A stretch of 63,060 nt of DNA from Candidatus Nomurabacteria bacterium RIFOXYB1_FULL_39_16 (GCA_001787205.1 MFWB01000007.1:1-63060); one strand, 5' to 3'. Positions 29,642 to 38,678 are shown, numbered from the stretch's first letter. The notes: generated by a model from the letters alone, not told the origin. Made by a program: numbers and translations.

Positions 29642-30148
29642 TTATAAATTTCGATCCTCTGGCTCGACATAACGAACGCCAATTAATTTGAATAGATCTT
29701 TTTCCTCACGTACTTCATAGCGTTCTCCGTTTTTGAATAAATAGCCTCCTTCACTTTTGAATCCTTGGCGGACCCATCCGTTAGCTAAAACCTTATGACT
29801 ATAATCTGATGAACCTGTACGCATCGCAAAAATATTTCCCCAATTTTCTTCTGTTGCGAAGAAAATATCCAACTTGATTCCACTGGGGAGTATCCTTTGA
29901 GTAGCTTTACAAGGTAATTCTCCTCTGACTTTTTCTAATTTATTTATTACAGTCGCTATTCCACTTTCAAATAAACCTATTGAGTACGGTTTTGGAATTA
30001 TTACCAACTCAATATCGCCCACCTCTGCTTTCTTGCGACGGATCGAGCCTGCGATTTCTATACGTTCACAGTAAGGCTTCAATTGTTCTAAGACTTCCAA
30101 TGCAATTTTGTATGCTTTTGCATACGGGTACTTGATTTCTCCAGACAT
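29642..30148 (-). CDS. Minimal Pol X-family nucleotidyltransferase/DNA polymerase (palm plus thumb only)
   Basis: GSIRRKKAEVGDIELVII (the Pol-beta GS-x-RR...GD-x-[DE] motif), a third carboxylate in IKLDIFF, and a C-terminal GYLFKNG...EKDLFKLIGVRYVEPEDR thumb pattern. Confidence 0.65.
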   Translation of the reverse strand: MSGEIKYPYAKAYKIALEVLEQLKPYCERIEIAGSIRRKKAEVGDIELVIIPKPYSIGLFESGIATVINKLEKVRGELPCKATQRILPSGIKLDIFFATEENWGNIFAMRTGSSDYSHKVLANGWVRQGFKSEGGYLFKNGERYEVREEKDLFKLIGVRYVEPEDRNL

Positions 30149-30162
30149 AATTAATTTAATAT

Positions 30163-30519
30163 TTATTTGGTCTTCGAAAAATTTCTAGTTACAAATTTTA
30201 AGAACATTTCTGATAACTTAAATGCACCTTCGAGACATTTTTCACTAGTCACAATACGATCTACAGACTTCTCGACATCTCTAGCTGAAATAAATTTTGA
30301 TGATAAAGCTAACGCCAATGCCATCAGAAGATCCTCCTTTGAATACTTATCAGCAAAGTTCGTATATTTGTGTCCTATTATAATGTTTTTAACTTCTACT
30401 TCTTTTACTCTTTTCATAATTTTTTTGTTCCCCGGAGGGATTAAATAATAATTAAGCACTAACTTACCCACAGTAGTTCGGGAATTTCCCTGTTTGTCTA
30501 ATATCACTAGAAAAGACAA
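30163..30519 (-). CDS. Hypothetical protein
   Basis: 118-aa ORF co-oriented with its neighbours. Confidence 0.4.
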   Translation of the reverse strand: MSFLVILDKQGNSRTTVGKLVLNYYLIPPGNKKIMKRVKEVEVKNIIIGHKYTNFADKYSKEDLLMALALALSSKFISARDVEKSVDRIVTSEKCLEGAFKLSEMFLKFVTRNFSKTK

Positions 30520-30547
30520 ACAAGGTTACCCCGAATGACTAACTGCT

Positions 30548-30721
30548 TTATTCTTTGCAATCTACAACTTCAACTGAATGTGCATTATCGTGCAGAATCC
30601 CAATTGCAACGCAAGCAACGTGCATAATAGCGTCATCCACCTCTTCCAAATCCACCATCAGTCTAGAAGGAAAATGTTCCTTTCTTTCGACTTTATTTGT
30701 TGTTTTAGATCTTTTTGACAT
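30548..30721 (-). CDS. Possible 57-aa protein below the ORF-track cutoff
   Basis: My own translation: MSKRSKTTNKVERKEHFPSRLMVDLEEVDDAIMHVACVAIGILHDNAHSVEVVDCKE. It is co-oriented with the 26-30.5 kb gene string. Confidence 0.25.
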   Translation of the reverse strand: MSKRSKTTNKVERKEHFPSRLMVDLEEVDDAIMHVACVAIGILHDNAHSVEVVDCKE

Positions 30722-31000
30722 ATATCTCTATAATTAAGCTAATAAATTAAAAACTAAACATAATTGTCGACCAGACAAAATAATTTCTGTCTACCCTTGG
30801 GTAGATGTCAAAACGAATCCTGCTTGTCAAGTTTCGTATATATGAAAAAAACCTTTATATTTAAAAGGGTTTTAAGAAAGGCAAGTTTTAGGGGATGGCT
30901 TGGATTTAGCTATAATCCTAGTCCAATCTTTGTTATGCGTTGAAAAATAAGGCTATTTTAAAAATAGGATTCCATTAAAGCAGTGAATTTGAGTTTATTT

Positions 31001-31702
31001 TTATATCGCTAGTCTATAATGACCACCGTATTTACGAGTTATGATGTTGTCTTTATTGTAATCTGGATCACCAATAGCGTTCTTAAGCACTCTGGCTAGT
31101 TTTACTACTACTGTTTGATAGACATAACTCATTTTTTCTTCTTGTGTATGATTTAAATTATTCAAATTTCTTTCCAAAAGTAAATGTCTCCTACCACTCA
31201 TTTTATTATACATTCCATCCCATTTAATATATTCATTTTCGTCATAACATTTTTCATGAAGCATTCTAAATGCAGTTAGTATGTCTCCACTAATTTCAAT
31301 ATCGGTTTTCTCGCTAATAAATAAAATATAAAACTTATCGTTCTTTTTGTATGTATCAAATACGCTTGGCAAACAATCGTGTTCATCTTTTAAATATCTT
31401 TTTAAAGTAGCTGTTGTGTATCCGTAAATTTTTAGTTTATTTTTTATTTTGTTAAATTTTAAACCAGAATTTTCTGGTGCGACGTTATGTTTATCTGCGT
31501 AATATCCTCTAATTTCTTCCAAGAAATGAGTGGCATACACATTTGGTGTCTTAACAAAAAGTGGTTCTGTGGAGTTTCTTATTATATCTAAGTCGAAAAT
31601 AATAGGTTGACTATACTTACCATCAACAAGTTTTGGATTCATTCTTATTAATAAGAGTTGGAAAGTAAACCATTTAATTTGTTGTTTAGTTTTTTCTCTC
31701 AT
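31001..31702 (-). CDS. Hypothetical protein, divergent from the ATPase/protease pair
   Basis: 233-aa ORF with no recognisable motifs. Confidence 0.45.
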   Translation of the reverse strand: MREKTKQQIKWFTFQLLLIRMNPKLVDGKYSQPIIFDLDIIRNSTEPLFVKTPNVYATHFLEEIRGYYADKHNVAPENSGLKFNKIKNKLKIYGYTTATLKRYLKDEHDCLPSVFDTYKKNDKFYILFISEKTDIEISGDILTAFRMLHEKCYDENEYIKWDGMYNKMSGRRHLLLERNLNNLNHTQEEKMSYVYQTVVVKLARVLKNAIGDPDYNKDNIITRKYGGHYRLAI

Positions 31703-31927
31703 AAGTTATTACCCAATCTTACTCTTAATTATATTTCTTGAGAAATTAATTTCCGTTTGTTTTATCATATATTACTTGATTATATCAAATAAAATTTTAC
31801 TTCACCATGTATATTAATTGGGCTGTATATTTCCGTTGTGGATAACTACGGATTATTAAGTTGAATTTATTTTCGTAATGTATGATACAATAGTACTGTA
31901 TTTATTTATATTTAAGAAATTACGAAA

Positions 31928-33043
31928 ATGGCATCTTTAGATCTAATTGGTAAAATAGCTATTCTTTTTGCTGAGGGCAAGCAACAACAGGCAATTGATA
32001 TTCTCAATGAAGAGTCTTTTAGGTTAAAACGATCTGGTAAAATGAGTGCAAGCAAGAAACTTCAAAGTATTATCAAAAAAATACCCGCACACAAAACATC
32101 TTTTTCAGGTGCTTCGTCCAACGATAATATAAAATCAACGAGCTTACTCACGAATCACGAAAATAATCTTGTTAAAAAATATAAACCAGAAGTCACCCCA
32201 GAAGATGTTGTTCTAAATGCTTCCGCTAAAAGTAAAATAGAAAATCTTTTTAGAGAGTGGGAAGATTTTGAAAGATTATCAAAACATAATCTATTTCCTG
32301 CAAATAGAATATTATTTTATGGACCCCCTGGAACTGGAAAAACACTTTTAGCAAATGCGATTGCGCAACACCTAGATTTTCCTCTCGTATTGGTTCGACT
32401 CGACGAACTTATATCTTCTTTTTTAGGAGAAACTGGGAAAAATATAAGAGACATATTTGAAATTGCCTCAAAAGAATCTGTTGTTCTTTTTTTAGATGAA
32501 ATTGATACAATTGCAAAATTCAGATCTGATGAAAGAGAGCTGGGAGAACTAAAAAGAATTTTAACCGTATTATTACAACACATTGATTTCTTCCCAGGTA
32601 AATCAATAATTATAGGTGCAACCAACCATGATGAAATTTTAGACAAGGCTATTTGGAGGAGATTTCCTTTAAAAATAAAACTTGATTTACCAGACGTTGA
32701 AAGTCGTAAATTGTTATTTAAATTATATTTACATAACACACCCCATGAGGTAGATTTAAATTTATTATCTTCTTTAACAGATGGATTAAATGGATCAGAC
32801 ATTTTTGATGTTGTTCAAAACGCAAAGAAAGATTCAATTCTTTCAAGAAGCGATAAGGTTACAAGTGCTATATTAGTGAAGTCATATCTCACGGTTGCTA
32901 ACACCGAAAAACTTCATAAAAAACTCTCTAAAAAAGTAACTTATCAATTATGTCAACAACTAAAAGATGCAGGTTTTAAATTAAGGGAAATTGAAGATAT
33001 TTCAGGCATAGCTTACACGACACTACGAGATAATATTAAATAA
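31928..33043 (+). CDS. Classical-clade AAA+ ATPase (IetA-like)
   Basis: Walker A GPPGTGKT, Walker B VLFLDEID, sensor-1 GATN, arginine finger region RRF. The stop lies 1 nt before the protease start. Confidence 0.8.
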   Translation: MASLDLIGKIAILFAEGKQQQAIDILNEESFRLKRSGKMSASKKLQSIIKKIPAHKTSFSGASSNDNIKSTSLLTNHENNLVKKYKPEVTPEDVVLNASAKSKIENLFREWEDFERLSKHNLFPANRILFYGPPGTGKTLLANAIAQHLDFPLVLVRLDELISSFLGETGKNIRDIFEIASKESVVLFLDEIDTIAKFRSDERELGELKRILTVLLQHIDFFPGKSIIIGATNHDEILDKAIWRRFPLKIKLDLPDVESRKLLFKLYLHNTPHEVDLNLLSSLTDGLNGSDIFDVVQNAKKDSILSRSDKVTSAILVKSYLTVANTEKLHKKLSKKVTYQLCQQLKDAGFKLREIEDISGIAYTTLRDNIK

Positions 33044-33044
33044 T

Positions 33045-35402
33045 ATGTACACCTTACTTATACCAAAAGAAAGAAGCAGGAGAGAAAAGAAAACTGGGGG
33101 AGGCCCTTTTTGGAAAGCCTATTGGGAAAATGAGGTGAAAAAAGATCCTACATATTACTCTTCTCAATATAATAAGCGTCTTTCTACGTTAAATGGGGCT
33201 ATTGATGATTTTAAGAAAAAATATAATAAGGCTGATAGAAGATATTATGCTGAAATAAAACTTGATAAAAGATCGTCTTCTAAATCAACCGAGCCTACTA
33301 AATTATGGATTGAGGCAGGACTAGAAATCGTAGAAACAAGGGAACGCGGAGGTGAAATATTTTTTACTTTAAGTGGGTTACCAGAGGATTTTGAAAAATT
33401 AAAAAATATTACCGACTCAGCTTCTTTTGATAATGCATTTAAGGGTAGGGGAAAAAATCAAGACATGTCTCGTCAGATTTTTGCTGTTACTGAAGTTTAT
33501 GATAAAAATGAAACTATAAAAGACAGGGTATCAACTCAAATACAGGAACTAATAAATAATGGTTATGAAGAATCACTAGATTGTATTATCACTATTCGGT
33601 ACGAAAGAAAATTATCAGAATATGACACTATTTTTAAAGAAATATCTCAAAAAATAGATACTAAAAATTTACATAAGCGAGATAAAGAATTTTTTGTAAG
33701 CAACATGTCTTATCGAGCGACATTAACTACGAAAGAAATAGCCAGTATTTTGACCGACCCCACTTATGGATATATAGCAAGGATAAAAATAAATCCAGAA
33801 TTTGTGGTGCAAAGATCAACTCCAAATGTAAGTCTGAACTCAGTACAAGTGGGTCCACTCCTCACCGATGAGAAAGTTGTTTTTATAGACAGTGGAATAG
33901 ATAATTCAATAATTAATCCTTTCGTAGCCCATTCGCTAAATTTTTTATCAGGTTCTGATATTGCTGATACAAAACATGGCACTAGTGTTGCAAGTAGATT
34001 TCTTTTTGGTCATAATTTTTTTGAGAAAGTTTCTAAAGGGGAAAAACTTGAACCCGCAGCAAAAATTATAGATGTAAAAGTTTTACATAAAAAGAATAAT
34101 GAAACTTTTGTAGATACAGATATTTTAATGAAAGCGATAAAAGAGTCTACGAATAAATTGGATGCAACTTTATACAATCTTTCAATTGCATCTAAGGAGC
34201 CAGTGAACGAAGAGGATGATGTAGACGACTCCACCGCATTAATTGACAGTATTTCCAGTAAGAAAGATGTTTTATTTATAACTGCCGTGGGAAACCAAAA
34301 TGGAAATTATGCACTAGGATATAAGGGTATATTTAATACTAAAGATGAAACCTGTAATATCTCTGCACCATCTGATGCCATAAATTCTCTTTCGGTGGGT
34401 TCGATTGCTGAGATAGTAGATCCCGATGGATTATGTAGTGTTGTAGATAATCCTTCGCCTTTTACACGAAAGGGTGGATTTCGTAATGATATTAAAAAAC
34501 CAGAATTAGTTGCATATGGAGGAAATATACAAAAAGACCCTACGAATAAATATGAGGCATCTCATTTGATTGCATCTACCAATAAGTATGGAGTTGGGGT
34601 TATGGATAATAGTGGTTTTTGTAAAGACGCAGGCACAAGCTTAAGTGCCCCTCTAATTACAAGAGTTGCAGCAATAGTTCTTAACTATCTTAAAAAATCA
34701 AATCTTGCCACGCAAATACCACTTTTTAATCAAAATAAAGCTAATCTTGTTAAAGCATTACTAATTCATTCAACTTCTAGAATAACTCAAGCAAATATTA
34801 AAGATGAAATGGTTAAGAGGGCATACGGTTTTGGAAAGGCTGATCACATACCAGCATTATTCGATGATACTGAAGATGTAATAACAATTGCTTATGCAGA
34901 CGCAATAGGTTTTTCTGAGAAGAAACAAAAAATTCTTATTAAGTTACCTGAATACCTTTTGGGTAAAAGTATAGAGTTTACTTTTACCCTTGTTTACAAT
35001 CCACCAATCAATTCAAATTTTAAAGAATATAAGATGACAAACCTCCAGGGCTCCGTAGGTCTTGCATTTCCAGAAATAGAAAATGGAAAACCTACTGGTA
35101 AGATGGACATACAAGCTCTTGCCCCTTCTCATAGTTGGGATAATTACAGATCAAATTATTTTAATACAATTCATTTTAAGAAAAAAGTTAGAAATCTAAA
35201 ATATTTAGATTTGCAAATTGGTATTCAAATGACAGTTTCAAATCATCTTTTAAATGAAATGGAGGAGGATTCTATTTTGCAAAATTATGCTATAGTTTTA
35301 TCAATTAAGGATATCACTGAAAGTGGGAAACTCCGAAGTGAATTACTTCAAAAAAATCAACTGGTTGAGTTAGTTGAGAACATAATAAAAGTAAAAGCTT
35401 AG
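33045..35402 (+). CDS. Subtilisin-like S8 serine peptidase with an N-terminal extension of about 270 aa (IetS-like)
   Basis: Catalytic triad contexts VVFIDSGID, KHGTSVAS and GTSLSAP in Asp-His-Ser order. Confidence 0.8.
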   Translation: MYTLLIPKERSRREKKTGGGPFWKAYWENEVKKDPTYYSSQYNKRLSTLNGAIDDFKKKYNKADRRYYAEIKLDKRSSSKSTEPTKLWIEAGLEIVETRERGGEIFFTLSGLPEDFEKLKNITDSASFDNAFKGRGKNQDMSRQIFAVTEVYDKNETIKDRVSTQIQELINNGYEESLDCIITIRYERKLSEYDTIFKEISQKIDTKNLHKRDKEFFVSNMSYRATLTTKEIASILTDPTYGYIARIKINPEFVVQRSTPNVSLNSVQVGPLLTDEKVVFIDSGIDNSIINPFVAHSLNFLSGSDIADTKHGTSVASRFLFGHNFFEKVSKGEKLEPAAKIIDVKVLHKKNNETFVDTDILMKAIKESTNKLDATLYNLSIASKEPVNEEDDVDDSTALIDSISSKKDVLFITAVGNQNGNYALGYKGIFNTKDETCNISAPSDAINSLSVGSIAEIVDPDGLCSVVDNPSPFTRKGGFRNDIKKPELVAYGGNIQKDPTNKYEASHLIASTNKYGVGVMDNSGFCKDAGTSLSAPLITRVAAIVLNYLKKSNLATQIPLFNQNKANLVKALLIHSTSRITQANIKDEMVKRAYGFGKADHIPALFDDTEDVITIAYADAIGFSEKKQKILIKLPEYLLGKSIEFTFTLVYNPPINSNFKEYKMTNLQGSVGLAFPEIENGKPTGKMDIQALAPSHSWDNYRSNYFNTIHFKKKVRNLKYLDLQIGIQMTVSNHLLNEMEEDSILQNYAIVLSIKDITESGKLRSELLQKNQLVELVENIIKVKA

Positions 35403-35612
35403 TTTATATTTGGGTTTCTTACTATATTTATAAACGTCCCTTATCATTATTTAGATCTGGCTCGTGATTTAAAAAGACAATGCTTGTTTTTCTATTGTCA
35501 CGATTGTTTTCTTTGAAATCTGTTTTTAATCACTTTCAAAATTAAGCTTAAAATGATATACTCTTTAGAGTTTTTAGCTATAATTTAGTATTGGAGATTT
35601 AATAATAAAAAC

Positions 35613-36422
35613 ATGCAAAAACCATATTACGAGAAACCAAAATTTAAGTTATACAATGCTGATTGTCTTAAGATTTTAGCTGACCTTGATGAAAATTCAG
35701 TTGATATGGTCTTTGCTGATCCACCATATCTACTTTCAAATGGTGGTTTTTCTGTTCATGCTGGCAAACGTGTAAGTGTAAATAAAGGTGAATGGGATAA
35801 AAGCAATGGATTAAAAAAGGATTTTGAATTTCATTTGGAATGGATAAAAGCTGTTAAGCGTGTATTAAAACCAAGTGGAACACTTTGGATTAGTGGAACC
35901 TATCATTCAATTTATCAATGTGGTTTTGCTCTTCAGGTTGCTGGTTTTCATGTTTTAAATGATGTTGCATGGTTTAAGCCAAATGCATCGCCAAATTTAA
36001 GTTGTCGTTTTTTTACTGCGAGTCATGAGACACTTGTTTGGGCTAGGAAAGACAAGAAAGCAAAACATATTTTTAACTATGATTTAATGAAGAATGGCAC
36101 ATGGCCAGAAGATGCTTTAAAAAAGCCAGGACTTCAAATGCGCTCAGTTTGGTCTCTAGGAACTCCAAAACCAATTGAGAAGAAGTTTGGAAAGCATCCA
36201 ACACAAAAACCCGAAGATTTATTAAAAAGAATTGTATTAGCAAGTACAAATAAAGGAGATTTAATTGTTGATCCATTTACAGGTAGTTCAACAACTGGAA
36301 TTATGGCTTATCTTTATGGAAGAAATTTTATTGGAATTGACCTTGATAAAAAGTATCTTGATGTATCTATAAAAAGATTTGAAGAATTAGATAAAAATTT
36401 AAAAAATAAGTTTAAAAAATAA
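35613..36422 (+). CDS. Beta-class DNA N6-adenine methyltransferase, DpnA (M2.DpnII)-like, probably GATC-specific
   Basis: FADPPYLLSNGG, WISGTYHSIY, NLSCRFFTASHETLVWARK, GKHPTQKPEDLL and DPFTGSSTTG track S. pneumoniae DpnA closely (recalled from memory). Confidence 0.85.
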   Translation: MQKPYYEKPKFKLYNADCLKILADLDENSVDMVFADPPYLLSNGGFSVHAGKRVSVNKGEWDKSNGLKKDFEFHLEWIKAVKRVLKPSGTLWISGTYHSIYQCGFALQVAGFHVLNDVAWFKPNASPNLSCRFFTASHETLVWARKDKKAKHIFNYDLMKNGTWPEDALKKPGLQMRSVWSLGTPKPIEKKFGKHPTQKPEDLLKRIVLASTNKGDLIVDPFTGSSTTGIMAYLYGRNFIGIDLDKKYLDVSIKRFEELDKNLKNKFKK

Positions 36423-36423
36423 T

Positions 36424-37284
36424 ATGAAAAAGGATTTTAAAAACTTGGTTAGTACATTTAAAAATTCTATTAAAACTTGGGATTATTTTGTGAATTGGAA
36501 GAAAGTTTTTTTAAATAGCTCTGAGTTGGAAATTACTCTAAATAAACTGAATTACCTTTTGGGCAAACAAAATTTAAAAGAAGAATTTATAAAATTGTAT
36601 TCTTCTAACTCTGATATTGTAAAAGCTCTGCCAGTTTTATTAGCAATTCGTGAGAAAAACATTGAGTTTTTTGACCCTGAAACAAAAAAAAGTATATTTT
36701 TTAATTTTAATAAAAAAGAAGATAAAAATGCTGATGAATATTTTGAGTTTATAGAAAAAACAGGTTTGATTAAATTGTTTAAAGAAGATGGAATTAAAAA
36801 TCTTGTTGATTATGTAATTGGAGTAGAGGTTGGGCTAGATAGTAATGGAAGAAAAAACCGTGGAGGCACTCTTATGGAAGATGTTGTAGAAGCTTATATT
36901 TTAAAGTTTTGCAAAGAAAAAGGTTTGGAATACTTATCGCAAGCCAATGCTAAAAAAATAAAAGACAAATGGGGGTTCACTGTTGTCGTAGATAAATCTA
37001 GCAGGAGTTTTGATTTTGCTGTTTATAATCCAAAAAACAAAAAGTTAAAGCTTTTTGAAGTAAATTTTTATAACGGAGGTGGATCGAAACTTAAAGCAGT
37101 GTGTGGAGAATTTAAAAGTCTATATGGTGAGCTAAAAAGACAAAATATTGATTTTATATGGATTACTGATGGTTTGGGTTGGAATACAACACTTAGACCA
37201 CTTGAAGAAACATACAATAATAATGAATATGTTTTTAATTTGAATATGATAGAGGGGGGAGTTTTAAATAAGCTTGAATGGTAA
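36424..37284 (+). CDS. DpnII/MboI-family type II restriction endonuclease, probably GATC-specific
   Basis: NLVDYVIGVEVGLDSNGRKNRGGTLMEDVV, EVNFYNGGGSKLKA and FIWITDGLGW match DpnII (DpnB) blocks recalled from memory. Confidence 0.8.
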   Translation: MKKDFKNLVSTFKNSIKTWDYFVNWKKVFLNSSELEITLNKLNYLLGKQNLKEEFIKLYSSNSDIVKALPVLLAIREKNIEFFDPETKKSIFFNFNKKEDKNADEYFEFIEKTGLIKLFKEDGIKNLVDYVIGVEVGLDSNGRKNRGGTLMEDVVEAYILKFCKEKGLEYLSQANAKKIKDKWGFTVVVDKSSRSFDFAVYNPKNKKLKLFEVNFYNGGGSKLKAVCGEFKSLYGELKRQNIDFIWITDGLGWNTTLRPLEETYNNNEYVFNLNMIEGGVLNKLEW

Positions 37285-37308
37285 TAAAAACAAACGATAT
37301 TAATATCT

Positions 37309-37911
37309 ATGAACGAAATAATTTACATTTTAATAAACGAGGCAATGCCAGGATATGTAAAAATCGGCAGAACTACAACGAGCTTTGAACAAAGGATAAA
37401 AGAGCTCAGCGCCTCTACAAGTATTCCTCTACCATTCACATGTTTTTATGCCTGCACGGTTAAAGATTCTGCGTTTGTTGAGCATCAACTACACGATGCC
37501 TTTGATAATAACCGAGTGAATCCAAGAAGGGAATTTTTTCAAATTGATCCAGAACGGGTTGTTTCTGCATTAAAATTAGCGGAAATTGAAAACATTACTC
37601 CAAAGAAAGATATTGTTGAAAACAAAGAGGATCAAAAAGCATTAAACGAGGTTCGAGAGAGAAGAGCACCATTTAGATTTGATATGGTTGGTATTCCTGC
37701 AGGATCGGAAATAGTTTTTAGTCGTGACGAAAATATCAAAGCAAAAGTTATAGATAATCGCTTTATTGAATTGAATGGAGAAAAAACAAGGTTATCTGCT
37801 TCTGCGCAAAAATTACTCGGTTATGATTATGAGGTTGCTGGCACACTTTACTGGATGTATGAAGGCGAAACACTTGATGAACGAAGATTAAGAATGGAGG
37901 GCGAGGAATGA
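37309..37911 (+). CDS. GIY-YIG-like (T5orf172/MUG113-type) domain protein with a C-terminal extension
   Basis: N-terminus IIYILINEAMPGYVKIGRTT...RIKEL...F is the T5orf172 pattern. The C-terminal roughly 90 aa are unassigned. Confidence 0.6.
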   Translation: MNEIIYILINEAMPGYVKIGRTTTSFEQRIKELSASTSIPLPFTCFYACTVKDSAFVEHQLHDAFDNNRVNPRREFFQIDPERVVSALKLAEIENITPKKDIVENKEDQKALNEVRERRAPFRFDMVGIPAGSEIVFSRDENIKAKVIDNRFIELNGEKTRLSASAQKLLGYDYEVAGTLYWMYEGETLDERRLRMEGEE

Positions 37912-37915
37912 ATAA

Positions 37916-38158
37916 ATGTATTACCTTTATATTCTCAAATGTGCTGACAAAACTTTATATACTGGAATTACTACAGACTTAAAACGAAGAGTTGCCGAAC
38001 ATAACAGCAGTAAACTAGGCGCAAAATATACTTCGTCCAGACGGCCAGTTAAATTAGTTTACTCTAAAAAGTTTAAAAATAGATCTTCTGCATCTAAGGA
38101 AGAAACTCGAATCAAAAAGCTAAAGAAAGATAAAAAGTTAGAATTGATTAAAAATTAA
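37916..38158 (+). CDS. Small GIY-YIG nuclease-superfamily protein (UPF0213-like)
   Basis: YYLYILKCADKTLYTGITTDLKRRVAEHN is the canonical GIY-YIG start. Confidence 0.75.
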   Translation: MYYLYILKCADKTLYTGITTDLKRRVAEHNSSKLGAKYTSSRRPVKLVYSKKFKNRSSASKEETRIKKLKKDKKLELIKN

Positions 38159-38212
38159 CCTTTTTATGGTATACTTTTAAGAGTATTGGTAGTTATTAAC
38201 AGATATTTTTGC

Positions 38213-38241
38213 TTGACATATACCCCCCGAGGGTATATACT
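38213..38241 (+). promoter_or_regulatory. Sigma-70-type promoter with an embedded CsoR/RcnR-family-type operator
   Basis: TTGACA (38213-38218), 17 nt, then TATACT (38236-38241). The spacer holds the inverted repeat ATATACCC/GGGTATAT (38218-38225 and 38231-38238) around a C/G tract. Confidence 0.7.
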
Positions 38242-38255
38242 TACGCAGTAATCTT

Positions 38256-38678
38256 ATGAAGCGTTTACTTACATTTATTTTAATAGTTAGTTTTGTTGGG
38301 ATAGCTATCTTTGGCTTTACCGTTTTTGCTCATGGGATGAATAGTTCCGACAATAATTGTGTTACTTCTCCTATAGATGGAACAGCATGTCCGACTAGTA
38401 TTGCTGCTATGACCTTACATCATATTTCTTCCCTGCAAACACTCCTAACATCAGTAACACCATCAATGTCTAGCTTGCTTATGTTGCTTGCATTTATACT
38501 TCTTGTTTCGGTTTCAATATTTCAATTATATAAAAATCTACTATTTCCAAAGCTAGAGCTGTTACGAAAACGCTTACATGATCTAGAAACCAATCTTTCT
38601 TATAGTAAACAAAAAATCATTTCTTGGCTCTCTTTGTTTGAGAATAGCCCTTCCTTTTCATATGTAAGACATAGCTAA
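38256..38678 (+). CDS. Two-TM membrane protein with an extracytoplasmic Cys/His loop
   Basis: TM - NNCVTSPIDGTACP...HHIS - TM. It is a paralogue of 57068..57478. Confidence 0.5.
   Translation: MKRLLTFILIVSFVGIAIFGFTVFAHGMNSSDNNCVTSPIDGTACPTSIAAMTLHHISSLQTLLTSVTPSMSSLLMLLAFILLVSVSIFQLYKNLLFPKLELLRKRLHDLETNLSYSKQKIISWLSLFENSPSFSYVRHS

Noticed and set aside
30555-30737. 60-aa plus-strand ORF
   Set aside because: It is antisense to a co-oriented 57-aa ORF and has Ser/Thr/Cys-rich low-complexity composition.
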